From Squalus acanthias (lineage: Eukaryota), in assembly GCA_030390025.1 (NCBI GenBank), contig JASTWF010000347.1:186001-250000 (forward strand): a stretch of 64,000 nucleotides of DNA, given 5' to 3'. Numbering within the stretch: position 1 is the stretch's first letter; each line of letters opens with the position of its first letter. Below are positions 32,883 to 45,471 of this stretch, piece by piece. The position numbers and the translations under genes were made by a program. Below the pieces are notes generated by a model. It did not search any database and was not told the DNA's origin. It worked only from the letters and a program-made list of their open reading frames with translations.

Positions 32883-35610
32883 GAAACATAGAAGATAGGA
32901 GCAGGAGTAGGCCATTCAGCCCCTCGAGCCTGCTCCGCCATTCGATGAGATCATGGCTGATCATCCAAACTCAGTACCCTGTCCCTGCCTTCTCTCCATA
33001 TCCCTTTAGTTTTAAGAAATATATCTAACTCCTTCTTGAATATATTTAATGAATTGGCCTCTACTGCCTTCTGTGGTAGAGAATTCCACAGGTTCACCAC
33101 TCTCTGGGTGAAGAAATTCCTCCTCATCTCAGTCCTAAATGGCTTACCCCTTATCCTTAGACTGTGACCCCTGGTTCTGGACTCCCCCGCCATCGGGAAC
33201 ATCCTTCCTGCATCTAGTCTGTCTAGTCCTGTTAGAATTTTATAAGTTTCAATGAGATCCCCTCTCATTCTTCTAAACTCCAGTGAGTTAAAGCCCAATC
33301 GACCCAATCTCTCCTCATACGCCATTCCTGCCATCCCGGGTATCAGCCTGATGAATCTTCGCTGCACTCCCTCCATGGCAAGAACATCCTTCCTCAGATA
33401 AGGCGACCAAAACTGCACACAATACTCAAGATGTGGTCTCACCAAGGCCCTGTACAACTGCAGCAAGACATCCTTGTTCCTGTACTCGAATCCTCTCGCT
33501 ATGAAGGCCAACATACCATTTGCCTTCTTAACCGCCTGCTGCACCTGCATGCTTATCTTCAGCGATTGGTGCACAAGGACACCCAGGTCTCGTTGCACTT
33601 CCCCTTCTCCCAATCTATTGCCATTCAGATAATAATCTGCCTTCCTGTTTTTGACACCAAAGTGGATAACCTCGCATTTATCCACATTATATTGCATCTG
33701 CCATGCTTCTGCCCAATCCTCCAACTTGTCCAAATCATACTGGAGTTTCTCGGCATCCTCCTCACGGCACACACTCCCACCCAGCTTTGTGTCATCTGCA
33801 AACTTGGAGATATTACATCCAATTCCATCGTCCAGATCATTAATATATATTGTGAATAGCTGGGGTCCTAGGACCTGCGGTACCCCACTAGTCACTGCCT
33901 GCCACTCGGAAAAAGACCCATTTATTCCAACTCTTTGCTTTCTGTCTGCCAACCAGTTCTCTATCCAAGTCAATACCTTGCCCCCAATCCCATGTGCCTT
34001 AACTTTACACGCTCTTATGCGGGACCTTATCGAAAGCCTTCTGAAAGTCCAAATACACCACATCCACTGGTTCTCCCTTATCCATTTTACCAGTTACATC
34101 CTCAAAAAATTCCAGTAGATTAGTCAAGCACGATTTGCCTTTTGTAAATCCATGTTGACTTTGTCCGATCCTGTCACTGTTTTCCAAGTGCTCTGCTATT
34201 ACATCTTTTATAATGGACTCTAGCATTTTCCCCACTACCGATGTCAGGCTTACTGGTCTATAATTCCCTGTTTTCTCTCTACCACCTTTTTTGAATAGTG
34301 GGGTAACATTAGCTACCCTCCAATCCATGGGTACTGTTCCAGAGTCTATAGAATTTTGGAAGATGACCAGCAATGCATCTACTATTTCCAGGGCCACTTC
34401 CTTAAGTACCCTAGGATGTCGATTATCAGGCCCTGGGGATTTATCGGCCTTCAATCCTGTCAATTTCCCTAACACTATTTCCCTACAAATACTGATTTCT
34501 TTCAGTTCCTCCTTCTCATTAGACCCTATGTTCCCCAACATCTCTGGGAGGTTATTTGTGTCCTCCTTTGTGAAGACAGAACCAAAGTATGTATTTAATT
34601 GGTCAGCCATTTCTTTGTTCCCCATTATAAATTCCCCTGATTCTGACTGCAAAGGACCTACGCTTGACTTCACCAATCTTTTTCTCTTCACATATCTATA
34701 AAAGCTTTTACAGTCCGTTTTTATGTTCCTCGCAAGCTTACTCTCATACTCTATTTTCCCCCTCTTAATTAATCCCTTTGACCTTCTTTGCTGAATCCTA
34801 TACTGCTCCCAATCCTCAGGGTTACTGCTTTTTCTGGCCAATTTATATGTCCTTTCCTTGGATCTTATGCTATCCCTAATTTCCTTTGTTAGCCACGGTT
34901 GAGTCACCTTTTTTGTTTTATTCTTATGCCAAACTGGGATGAACAAATTCTGTAGTTCGTCCATGCGGTCTTTAAATGTTTGCCATTGCCTATCCACAGT
35001 CAACCCCTTGAGTGACATTCCCCAATCAATCCTACCCAACTCGCGCCTCATACCATCGTAGTTTCCTTTATTTAAATTCAGGACCCTAGTCTCTGAGTCA
35101 ACTACTTCACTCTCCATCTTAATGAAGAATTCGATCATATTATGATCGCTCCGACCCAAGGGGCCTCGCACAACAAGATTGCTAATTAATCCTTTCTCAT
35201 TACATAATACCCAGTCTAAGATGGCCTGATCTCTAGTTGGTTCCTCGACATATTGGTCCAGGAAACCATCCCGTAAACACTCCAGGAATTCCTCCTCCAC
35301 AGTATTGTTACTAATTTGGTTAGCCCAATCTATATGTAGATTAAAGTCGCCCATGATAACTGCTGTGCTCTTATTGTACGCTTCTCTAATTTCCCTTTTA
35401 ATGCCATCCCCAACCTCCGTATTACTGTTTGGGGGTCTATACACCACTCCCACTAGCGTTTTCAGCCCCTTGGTATTTCTCAGTTCTACCCATACAGATT
35501 CCACATCATCAGAGCTAATATCCTTCCTTACAATTGTGTTAATCCCCTCTTTAACCAGCAATGCTACCCCACCTCCTTTTCCTTTTTGCCTATCTTTCCT
35601 GAATATTGAA
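32881..35610 (-). mobile_element. Young CR1 LINE, near-complete ORF2 (APE endonuclease plus RT), 5'-truncated, frameshifted
   Basis: ORFs 34005..35561 (VVYRPP, MGDFN, SDHN, YLDFQKAFDKV) and 32951..34063; apparent ttata duplication at both ends. Confidence 0.95.
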
Positions 35611-35849
35611 TTATATCAGACAGGAGGAGATTGGTGTCAGTGACTGTGGGGTTGGTTTATATCAGACAGGATAAACTAGTCAAAGTTGGAGATATATATT
35701 TTATAATGTGTCAAAGAGTTGATTAACAGAGTGAGGCATCATCTCCCTTTGATTTCTATTTCTGATAGAAAAAAACCTGTTCATCACTATCCAAACAATG
35801 GGAATGGACACACATTTAAATTCCAAGATATTTCACTGTTTTGAGGGTA

Positions 35850-36556
35850 GGTTCCCCTCCAAGGAGGACACTCGCCCTCTTTACCTGGTTCCCCTCCAAG
35901 GAGGACACTCGCCCTCTTTACCTGGTTCCCCTCCAAGGAGGACACTCGCCCTCTTTACCTGGTTCCCCTCCAAGGAGGACACTCGCCCTCTTTGCCTGGT
36001 TCCCCAAGGAGGACACTCGCCCTCTTTACCTGGTTCCCCAAGGGAGACACACACCCTCTTTACCTGGTTCCCCAAGGAGGACACTCGCCCTCTTTGCCTG
36101 GTTCCCCTCCAAGGAGGACACTCGCCCTCTTTGCCTGGTTCCCCAAGGAGGACACTCGCCCTCTTTGCCTGGTTCTCCAAGGAGGACACTCACCCTCTTT
36201 ACCTGGTTCCCCTCCAAGGAGGACACTCGCCCTCTTTACCTGGTTCCCCTCCAAGGAGGACACTCGCCCTCTTTACCTGGTTCCCCTCCAAGGAGGACAC
36301 TCGCCCTCTTTGCCTGGTTCCCCAAGGAGGACACTCGCCCTCTTTACCTGGTTCCCCAAGGAGGACACTCGCCCTCTTTGCCTGGTTCCCCTCCAAGGGA
36401 GGACACACGCCCTCTTTACCTGGTTCCCCAAGGAGGACACTCGCCCTCTTTGCCTGGTTCCCCTCCAAGGAGGACACTCGCCCTCTTTGCCTGGTTCCCC
36501 TCCAAGGAGGACACACACCCTCTTTGCCTGGTTCCCCAAGGAGGACACACACCCTC
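35850..36556. repeat. 37/34-bp minisatellite, about 19-20 copies
   Basis: ggttcccctccaaggaggacactcgccctctttacct with a 3-bp-shorter variant. Confidence 0.95.
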
Positions 36557-36897
36557 TCCCCAGTGTGAATGCAATGGTGTGACAGCAGGTCGGATGGTAC
36601 AGTGAATCCCTTCTCACACCTGGAACAGGTGAACGGTCTCTCCCCACTGTGAACTCGCTGGTGTCTCAGAAGGCTGGATGAATGAGTGAATCCCTTCCCA
36701 CACTCAGCACAGGTGAATGGCCTCTCCCCAGTGTGAACTCGCTGGTGTGTCAGAAGGTTGGATGATTTAGTGAATCCCTTCCCACACACGGAGCAGGTGA
36801 ACGGCCTCTCCCCAGTGTGACTGCGTCGATGAGTTTCCAGCTTGGATGGGTAATTAAATCCCTTCCCACAGTCCCCACATTTCCACGGTTTCTCCAT
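36199..36897 (-). CDS. ZNF6: MEKPW-class gene truncated after 4 fingers and fused in frame to the minisatellite; possible pseudogene
   Basis: accATGg at 36897; four fingers to about 36557, then repeat-derived peptide; canonical 3' UTR absent; leader TGAs at 37093-37095 and 36934-36936. Confidence 0.55.
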   Translation of the reverse strand: MEKPWKCGDCGKGFNYPSKLETHRRSHTGERPFTCSVCGKGFTKSSNLLTHQRVHTGERPFTCAECGKGFTHSSSLLRHQRVHSGERPFTCSRCEKGFTVPSDLLSHHCIHTGERVCVLLGEPGKEGVCPPWRGTRQRGRVSSLEGNQAKRASVLLGEPGKEGVCPPLEGNQAKRASVLLGEPGKEGECPPWGTRQRGRVSSLEGNQVKRASVLLGGEPGKEGECPPWRGTR

Positions 36898-37477
36898 GGT
36901 GCAGGTGTCCTTGTGACTCCCCAGGTTGGACGATCAGTTGAAGCCTCGTCCACACACAGAACACGTGTACGGTTTCTCCCCGCTGTGAACGGTGCGATGT
37001 TTTTTCAGGCTGTGTAACTGGTTCAAGCTCTTTCCACAGTCAGTGCACTGGAACACTCTCACTCGGGTGTGTGTGTCTCGGTGCTTTTCCAGTCACACTG
37101 ATGTTTGAAATTTTTTCCCACAGACAGAACGGACAAACATTTCTCCTTCCACATTCAAAGGCCGATGATATTCAGGTCCTGATGAATGGAGTGACTCTGA
37201 GATTTTAAGGTGATGTTTGGTTTCAGTTTCCTGTCTGTAAATCCTCCGCTTCTAGTACCCTGTTAAAGGAGTTTACAAAAGTCATCACTGTAGGTACAGG
37301 ATAGAAATTCAGAACAGACAATTCTAGTTTATGTGTGACATTCTTTCCTCTCTTGTTCTGCCAAAGCTGTAAATCCCCGTCCCACACACTCTCCCTCCTC
37401 CCTGTGCTGAAATCCATACCATCACATATTGCCCAACAGTTTGTCCTCCACTCCCAGTTTTCAGCCTTGATGCGGAT

Positions 37478-37980
37478 GGGTTCAGTTCCACACTCACTGG
37501 TTCCCCTTCCTCTCCTCCCCTGAAGGTGCTGACTCTGGCTGGGTTCAGTTCTACACTCACTGGTTCCCCTTCCTCTCCTCCCCTGAAGGTGCTGACTCTG
37601 GCTGGGTTCAGTTCCACACTCACTCTCCTCCCCTGAAGGTGCTGACTCTGGCTGGGTTCAGTTCTACACTCACTGGTTCCCCTCCTTCTCCTCCCCTGAA
37701 GGTGCTGACTCTGGCTGGGTTCAGTTCTACTCACTGGTTCCTCTCTCTCTCCTCCCCTGAAGGTGCTGACTCTGGCTGGGTTCAGTTCTACACTCACTGG
37801 TTCCTCTCCCTCTCCTCCCCTGAAGGTGCTGACTCTGGCTGGGTTCAGTTCTACACTCACTGGTTCCTCCCTCTCCTCCCCTGAAGGTGCTGACTCTGGC
37901 TGGATTCAGTTCTACACTCACTGGTTCCCCTCCCTCTCCTCCCCTGAAGGTGCTGACTCTGGCTGGGTTCTGTTCTACAC
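37478..37980. repeat. 63-bp minisatellite, about 8 copies, in the ZNF6 5' region
   Basis: cccctgaaggtgctgactctggctgggttcagttctacactcactggttc; related to single-copy gtggaactgaacccaaccagag in ZNF2 near 8762. Confidence 0.93.
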
Positions 37981-37984
37981 TTGT

Positions 37985-38113
37985 ACAAAAGCAAAATACT
38001 GCGGCAGCTGGAAATCTGAAATAAAACAGAAAATGCTGGAAATACTCAGGACAGCATCTGTGGAGAGAGAAACAGAGTTAACGGTTCAGGTCAATGACGT
38101 TTCATCAGAACTG
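37985..38113 (-). mobile_element. Penelope-like terminal repeat
   Basis: Reverse complement of the 2395 and 47776 repeat; CTGATGA at 38102-38108 (minus). Confidence 0.7.
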
Positions 38114-38149
38114 TAAAATGTTAGCAATGTACAGTAACAGGTTTTAAGA

Positions 38150-38565
38150 TGGAGCTCGTGTAGACGAGGGAAGGATGGAAATTGGAAGTAAAGTTGATGA
38201 AGTTTTCCAGTTCAGGGCGAGAGCAGGAACCGGCACCAATAGTTATCAATGTACCGGAAAAAGAGGTGAGGGAGGGGACCTGACTCGGACTGGAACAAAG
38301 AATGTTCCACATATCCCATGAAAAGGCAGGCATAGCTAGGACACATGCGGCTTCCCATAGCAATGCCTTTATTTGGAGGAAGCGAGTGGAGTCAAAGGAG
38401 AAGTTGTTCAATGTGGGACAAGTTCAGCCAGGTGTAGGAGGCTGGTGGTGGATGGGGACTGGTTGGGCCTCTGTTCAAGGAAGAAGCGGAGCGACCTCAG
38501 GCCGTCCAGGTAGTGGATGGAGGTGTAGAGGGATTGGATGTCCATGGTGAAAAGGAGGAGGAGTG
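38150..38565 (-). mobile_element. Penelope-like retroelement RT remnant
   Basis: LFTMDIQSLYTSI, NNFSFDSTRFLQIK and LENFINFTSNFHPSL across frameshifted ORFs 38408..38626 and 38121..38411. Confidence 0.8.
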
Positions 38566-38569
38566 AAAA

Positions 38570-41500
38570 GGGCCAGGAGTAGGCCATTCGGCCCTTCGAG
38601 CCTGCTCCGCCATTCAATGAGATCATGGCTGATCTTCTGCCTCAACTCCATTCACCGGCCCTATCGCCATATCCCTTGATGCCCTTACTAGTCAGACATA
38701 TATCGACTTCTGTTTTGAATATACCCAATGACTGAGCCTCCATCGCCCTCTGGGGTAGAGAATTCCAAAGATTCACCACCCTCTGTGTGAAGAAATTTCT
38801 TCTCATCTCAGTCCTGAATGGCCTACCCTTTATCCTGAGGCTGTGGCCCCTGGTTCTGGACTCCCCAGCCAAGGGAAACATCCTCCCAGCATCCATCCTA
38901 TCAAGCCCTGTAATAATTTTGTATGCTTCAATGAGATCCCCTCTCATTCTTCTGAATTCAAGAGAATACAGGCCTAGTTTACTCAACCTCTTCTCATACG
39001 GCAGTCCCGCCATCCCAGGAATCAATCTCGTGAACCTTCGTTGCACTCCCTCTATGGCAAGTATATCCTTCCTTAGGTAAGGAGACCAAAATTGTACATA
39101 GTACTCCAGGTGTGGTCTCACCAAGGCCCTATATAATTGGAGTAAGACTTCTTTACTCCTGTACTCAAATCCTCTTGTAATGAAGGCCAGCATACCATTT
39201 GCCTTCCTAATGGCTTGCTGCACCTGCACATTCACTTTCAGTGACTCATGTACAAGGACACCCAGGTCCCTTTGAGCATCTGCATTCTCCAATCTTTCAC
39301 CATTTAGGAAATACTCTGCCTTTCTGTTTTTTCTACCAAAGTGGATAACTTCACATTTATCCACATTATATGCCATTTGCCATGTTCTCGCCCACTCACT
39401 GAGCCTGTCGAGAACCCCTTGAAGCCTCTTCACATCCTCTTCGCAACTGACACTGCCACCTAGCTTTGTATCATCAGCAAATTTGGAAATGTTACATTTA
39501 GTCCCCTCATCCAAATCATTGATATAGATTGTGAATAGCTGGGGCCCAAGCACCGATCCTTGCGGTACCCCACTAGTCACAGCCTGCCATCCCGAAAAAG
39601 ACCCGTTTATCCCTACTCTTTGTTTTCTGTCTGTTAACCAATTCTCAATCCATGCTAGTATATTACCCCCAATTCCATGTGCCCTAATTTTGTTCACCAA
39701 CCTCTTGTGTGGGACCTTATCGAAGGCCTTCTGAAAATCCAGATACACCACATCTACCGGTTCCCCTTTGTCTACTCCACTAGTTACATCCTCAAAGAAC
39801 TCCAATAGGTTTGTCAAATAGGATTTCCCTTTCATAAATCCATGTTGACTCTGCCCAATCTTACTATTAGTTTCTAAGTGCCCAGTTATTGCATCCTTTA
39901 TAATAGATTCCAGCATTTTCCCAACTACTGATGTGAGGCTAACAGATCTGTAGTTCCCCGTTTTCTCTCTCCCTCCTTTCTTAAATAGCGGGGTTACATT
40001 TGCTATCCTCCAATCTGCGGGAACCGTTCCAGAATCTATAGAATTTTGGAAGATGACAACCAATGCGTCCACTATTCCAATGGCCACCTCTTTCAAAACC
40101 CTAGGATGTAGGTCATCCGGTCCTTGGGATTTATCGACTTTTAGTCCCATTAATTTTGCTAGTACTGTTTTTTTACTAATAATAATTTCTTTAAGTTCCT
40201 CATTCTCGTCACACCCTTGGTTTCCTTGTATTTCTGGGAGGTTTTTTGTGTCTTCCTCCGTGAAGACAGAAACAAAGTATTTATTTAATTTCTCAGCCAT
40301 TTCCTCATTCCCCATTATAAATTCTCCCGTCTCTGACTGTAAAGGACCTACATTTACCTTCGCCAGTCTTTTCCTTTTCACATACCCATAGAAGCTTTTA
40401 CAATCCGTTTTTATATTTTTCGCTAGTTTGTGCTCATATTCCATTTTCCCTTTCTTTATCAATTTCTTGGTCCCCCTTTGCTGATTTCTAAAAAATCCCA
40501 ATCCTCAGGCTGACCGCTTTTTCTGGCAACTTTATAAGCTTCCTCCTTTGACTTAATACTAGCTTTAATTTCTTTTGTTAGCCATGGTTGGATCACTTTT
40601 CCTTTTGGGTTTTTATGGCCTAGAGGAATATATGTTTGTTGCAAATTATGCATTATTTCCTTGAATGTTAGCCATTGTATGTCCACCTTCATACCTTTTA
40701 GTGTAGTCTCCCAATCTACCATGGCCAACTTGTCCCTCATACCCTTGTAGTTTCCTCTGTTTAGATTGAAGACCTTAGTTGCAGATTGGACTACATCACT
40801 CTCAAACTTAATGTACAGTTTAATCATATTATGGTCACTTGTCCCTAAAGGCCCCTTTACCACAAGATTATTGATTAGCCCTTTCTCATTACACAGTACC
40901 AGATCCAGAATAGCCTGTTCCCTGGTTGGTTCCTCCACATACTGATCCAGGAAACCATCTCGCATGCATTCCAAGAATTCGTCCTCCACACCATTAGTGG
41001 TAATTTGATTTGCCCAGTCAATATGTAGATTAAAGTCCCCCATGATAACCGTATTGCCCTTGTTACATGCACTTCTAATCTCTTGATTGATACGGTGCCC
41101 TACATCACCACTACTGTTTGGTGGCCTATACACAACTCCCACCAATGTTTTCCGCCCTTTGCTGTTTCTTAGCTCCACCCAAACTGATTCCAATTCTACA
41201 TCACGATCTGCCAAGCCAAGATCTTTTATCTCTACTGAAAGGGTTAATTTGAACTCATGTTAAATTAAAACTCTCTTAGCTGTAAAAAGGGAATGGAAGT
41301 TATGTACGAAATAGAATAAGAAGCAACCAGGTGGATGATAAGGAGTGGCTGCCTAGCTCCATTCAAGGACAGCATACAATGGGCAACTGTGGAGAAATAC
41401 AATGGACAAGTATGGGAATGAGATGAGACCCAGCACCCAGGCAAGGCACAGAATGTGGTTCCCAACAAACATTGCTTGCAGCATATATATGTGATTGGAT

Positions 41501-42552
41501 AATTGTTTTTAGTTTGTAGCTGACAAAGATAAGAAATATAAAGAATTAACCGGTTTAGTCTGAATTAACATAATTGTAATCATGTGATATTTTGTAACAA
41601 TGTGATTGGATAATTCTTAAATAAAAGGTTGTAACTGACAACAGGAGGTTGAGAAGCCGTGGTCACTAGGCCGGGTAAGGTCTATGACGCTTCTCACAGA
41701 GATCTCTGAACATTAATAAACTGTTTGCTTTTACCTATCAACACAGACTGGAGTGAAATTAATTTCTCCCTAACATCTACCGTACCGATCTCATCCCTTA
41801 TTAACAGCGCTACGCCACCTCCTTTTCCTTTTTGTCTGTCCTTCCTAAATGTTGAGTACCCTGGAACATTCAGTTCCCAGCTTTGGTTACCCTGCAACCA
41901 TGTCTCTGTAATGGCAATTACATCATACCCATTTACTTCTATTAGTGCCATTAATTCATCCACCTTGTTGCGAATGCTAAGTGCATTTAGATAAAGTGCC
42001 TTCAACTTTGCCTGTTTAATATTTTTCTGCACTTTAACCCTCTTTACTGTTGGCCTTTGTTTCTGCTCCCTACTAGTTTTGCTGACTACTTTTCTAACTT
42101 GCACTTCCAGCTTTGTTTCTCTCCATTCTGGGCCCACACTTTGGTTCCCAGCCCCCTGACAAACTAGCTTAAATCCTTCCCAACAGCACTAGCAAACCCC
42201 CCTGCGAGGATGTTGGTCCAGTTTCTGCCAAGGTGTAACCCGTCCAGCTTGTACAGGTCCCACCTTCCCCAGAGTGGTCCCAATGCCTCAGGAATTTAAA
42301 TCCCTCCCTCCTACACCATCTCTCCAGCCACGCATTCAGCTGGTCTATTCTCCTATTTCTGCTCTCGCTAGCACGTGGCACTGGGAGTAATCCTGAGATT
42401 ACTACCTTTGAGGTCCTGCTTTTTAATTTATTTCCTAGCTCCCTATATTCTGCTTGCAGGACCTCGTCCCTCTTTCTACCTATGTCGTTGGTACCGATAT
42501 GGACCACGACCTCTGGCTGTTCACCCTCCCCCTTCAGAATGTCCTGCAGCTG
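38570..42552 (-). mobile_element. Long young CR1 LINE: ORF1 esterase-like part plus ORF2 (EN and RT), interrupted by a solo LTR
   Basis: ORF 42169..42507 (VHIGTND, SGNH-like); 41694..42137 (IAITETWL); 40459..41214; 38642..40501 (619 aa RT). Confidence 0.95.
41236..41775 (+). mobile_element. Solo LTR, 540 bp
   Basis: TG...CA ends (tgaaaggg / ccctaaca); exact 5-bp TSD tctac; AATAAA at 41715-41720; empty site visible in the CR1 copy near 59260. Confidence 0.85.
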
Positions 42553-42624
42553 CAGGAGGAGTGAAAAGGGCCCAGAAACTGGTAACTGTTAAAGTGGCGG
42601 AGGGCGCTTACACCCTGGTCCACT

Positions 42625-43890
42625 TTTCAATCATCTCCAACACAGGAGTTCCTCAGGGCAGTGTCCTATTCCCAGCCATCTTCAGCTGCTTTATCAATGG
42701 CCTTCCCACCACGAAAGGGTCAGAAGTGGGGAAGTTCGCTGATGATTGCACATTTTTCAGTTCCATTTGCAGCTCCACAGATAATGAAGCAGTTCGTGCC
42801 TGCCTGCCGCAAGACCTGGACGACGTTCAGGTTTGGGCTGATAAGTGGCAAGAAATATTCGCGCTACACAAGTGCCAGACAATGACCATCTCCAACAAGA
42901 GAGTCTAACCACCACCCCTTGACATTCAATGGCATTACCATCACCGAAACCCCCATCATCAACATCCTTGAAACTTATAAAATTCTGACAGGACAGGACA
43001 AACTAGATGCAGGAAGGATGTTCCCGATGGTCGGGGAGTCCAGAACCAGGGGTCACAGTCTAAGGATAAGGGGTAAGCCATTTAGGACAGAAATGAGGAG
43101 GAAGTTCTTCACCCAGAGAGTGGTGAACCTGTGGAATTCTCTGCCACAGAAGGCAGTAGAGGCCAATTCATTAAATAGATTCAAGAAGGAGTTGGATATA
43201 TTTCTTAAGGCTAAAGGGATCAAGGGATATGGGGAGAAAGCAGGGACAGGGTACTGAATTTGGATGATCAGCCATGATCGCATTGAATGGCGGAGCAGGC
43301 TAGAGGGGCCGAATGGCCTACTCCTGCTCCTATCTTCTATCTATGATTCTATGGAGGTCACCATTGACCGGAAACTTAACTGGACCAGCTACATAAATAC
43401 TGTGGCTACAAGAGCAGGTCAGAGGCTGGGTATTCTGTGGCGAGGGTCTCACCTCCTGACTCCCCAAAGCCTTTCTAGGCACAAGTCAGAAGTGTGATGG
43501 AATTATCTCCACTTGCCTGGATGAGTGCAGCTCCAACAACATACAAGAGGCTTGACACCATCCAGGACAAAGCAGCCCGTTTGATTGGCACCCCATCCAC
43601 CACCTTAAACATTCACTCCCTCCACCATCGGCGTACCGTGGCTGCAGTGTGTACCATCTACCAGATGCACTGCAGCACCTCCCAAACCCGCGACCTCTTC
43701 CACCTAGAAGGACAAAGGCAGTAGGCACATGGGAACACCACCAGCTGCAAGCTCCCCTCCAAGTCACACACCATCCTGACTTGGAAATAGACCGCCATTC
43801 CTTCATAGTTGCTGGGTCAAAATCCTAGGGATGGGCAATAAACGCTGGCCTTTCGAGCGAAGCCCACATCCCGTGAACGAACAATAAAAA
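42625..43890 (+). mobile_element. Second-lineage LINE 3' part with nested CR1 3' fragment (42968-43352, plus)
   Basis: GVPQGSVL, KFADDCT, TITETPIINIL then, after the CR1 piece, EVTIDRKLNW; A-rich tail. Confidence 0.8.
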
Positions 43891-44017
43891 AAAAACCCCT
43901 CCCCTTCCCACAACACCTTTCCATGCAAGCACAGCAGATCCAACACATTGGCTGTAAAGCGCTTGGGCACCTCCGGTGCTCTTGAAAGGCGCTATATAAA
44001 TGCAAGTCTTTCTTCTT

Positions 44018-44112
44018 TTCTCTCTCCATAGACGCTGCCTGACCTGCTGAGTATTTCCAGCATTTTCTGCTTTTATTTCAGATTTCCAGCATGCGCTGTA
44101 TTTTGCTTTTGT
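44018..44112 (+). mobile_element. Penelope-like terminal repeat fragment, inverted relative to 37985-38113
   Basis: ctctccatagacgctgcctgacctgctgagtatttccagc...tattttgcttttgt. Confidence 0.65.
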
Positions 44113-44125
44113 GTTGAGATGTTGA

Positions 44126-44626
44126 AACACCCGCTGTGTGCAGAGTGAGAATAAAATCAATGAGTCAATGATTTTCTCCCCTGGTCACTGGGACCCTGAA
44201 GCCCCGCCCACTCATTGTTCCTTTACAAAGATGGCCGCACATACGCTCCGCTGCACTATGAATCAAAATGGCGGCGCACTAAACCTTCCAGCTTTCCTTT
44301 GCAAACATGGCGGCAATTAACTGGGGCCTGTTACCGGGGAAAAAGCCCCGGATCTGCAAACGCGGAACCTGCAGGTTCTTATTCGGGGCTTGCGGCCTAC
44401 ACCAGGTGCTTATGAAGCCCACCTGCCAGACCCATTACTCTCCTGCGACCATCGCCTCTCACCTGCTGCAAAACTGTGTCTACGACCTCTGCCCACTTCC
44501 AGCTCTCGCCCAAGTCTGATCGAAGTCACACTGCGCATGCTCCTTATAACGTCCCGCACCGCGCCTGCGCACTGGTCTCCTGTAGTGTGAATAGGGCACA
44601 ATCTCCCCGCGGGGCATGCTGGGTAA
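44126..44626 (-). promoter_or_regulatory. Type-B promoter, probably the displaced promoter of ZNF6
   Basis: Reverse complement matches 8650-8762 and 30845-31200; ZNF143-like ttacccagcatgccccgcg at 44608-44626; YY1 aaaatggcggc. Confidence 0.62.
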
Positions 44627-44772
44627 CATTGGAACCCCCAATCAGTGAATGGAATATGATTTTCTGTGAACCGATTGAGATAAAATTAATAAATAATTCA
44701 GACAGAAACCCAAGTGCACGGGCACTCTGCCATCGTTCAGTCTTGGATAACAGCAGAATTCACCCCCTGCAG

Positions 44773-45471
44773 TCACATGTGAACTCACTGGTGTCTCAGC
44801 AGGTGGGGTGAATTTCTTCGCACACACAGGATATTTAAACAGCCTCTCTCCAGTATCAATGCGCTGATCGTGCATCAGCTGCTTTCAACTTTGAAAGCTT
44901 TACTCACAGTAAGTGTATTTAAAGTAACAGTTCTCAATGTGGACAATCGGGAGTGTCAACAGTTGGGACAATGGAATGAATCACTTCCCACACGTGAAGT
45001 ATCTAAAACGGCCTCTCTCCGGTGTGACTGTGCTGGTGTGTCAGTAAATGGGATGATCAGTTGAATCCCTTTCCACATACAGAGCAGTGAATGGATTCTC
45101 CACATTACAAACATGCTAGTGTGGTAGTAGGTGAGATGAGCAAGTGAACCTCTCTCCACACTCAGCTGGTGAACGGCCTCTCCCCGGTGTGACTATCCAT
45201 GAGTTTCCACCTCAGACGAGCAACTGAATGCGTTCCTACAGTCCCCACATTTACATTGTTGATTCAGGTGGGCGCACGAGCCTCACGGGCTGGACGATTG
45301 GTTGAAGCTGCGTTCACACACAGAACACGTGTCCTGTTTCTCCCCGCTGTGATTGGTGCTTTTTTCCTTCTATATCCAATGCCCGATGATATTCAGGTCC
45401 TGATGAATCTGATGAATCTGTCAGATCTTGACGCGATGTTTGGTTTGAGTTTCCCATCTGCAGATCCTCCC
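44773..45471 (-). pseudogene. ZNF7: decayed zinc-finger cassette, short-leader class
   Basis: Recognisable leader (gatctgacag...ggacctgaatatcatcgg), broken fingers with indels, terminal TGA and 3' UTR remnant. Confidence 0.8.

Noticed and set aside
35798..36605. Three overlapping plus-strand ORFs of about 200-256 aa
   Set aside because: Minisatellite lacks stops in all plus frames; no independent coding evidence
6194..42552. Minus-strand bias of CR1 copies suggesting a piRNA cluster
   Set aside because: Several plus-strand LINEs are interspersed, the bias reverses after 42.6 kb, counts are small and there are no small-RNA data
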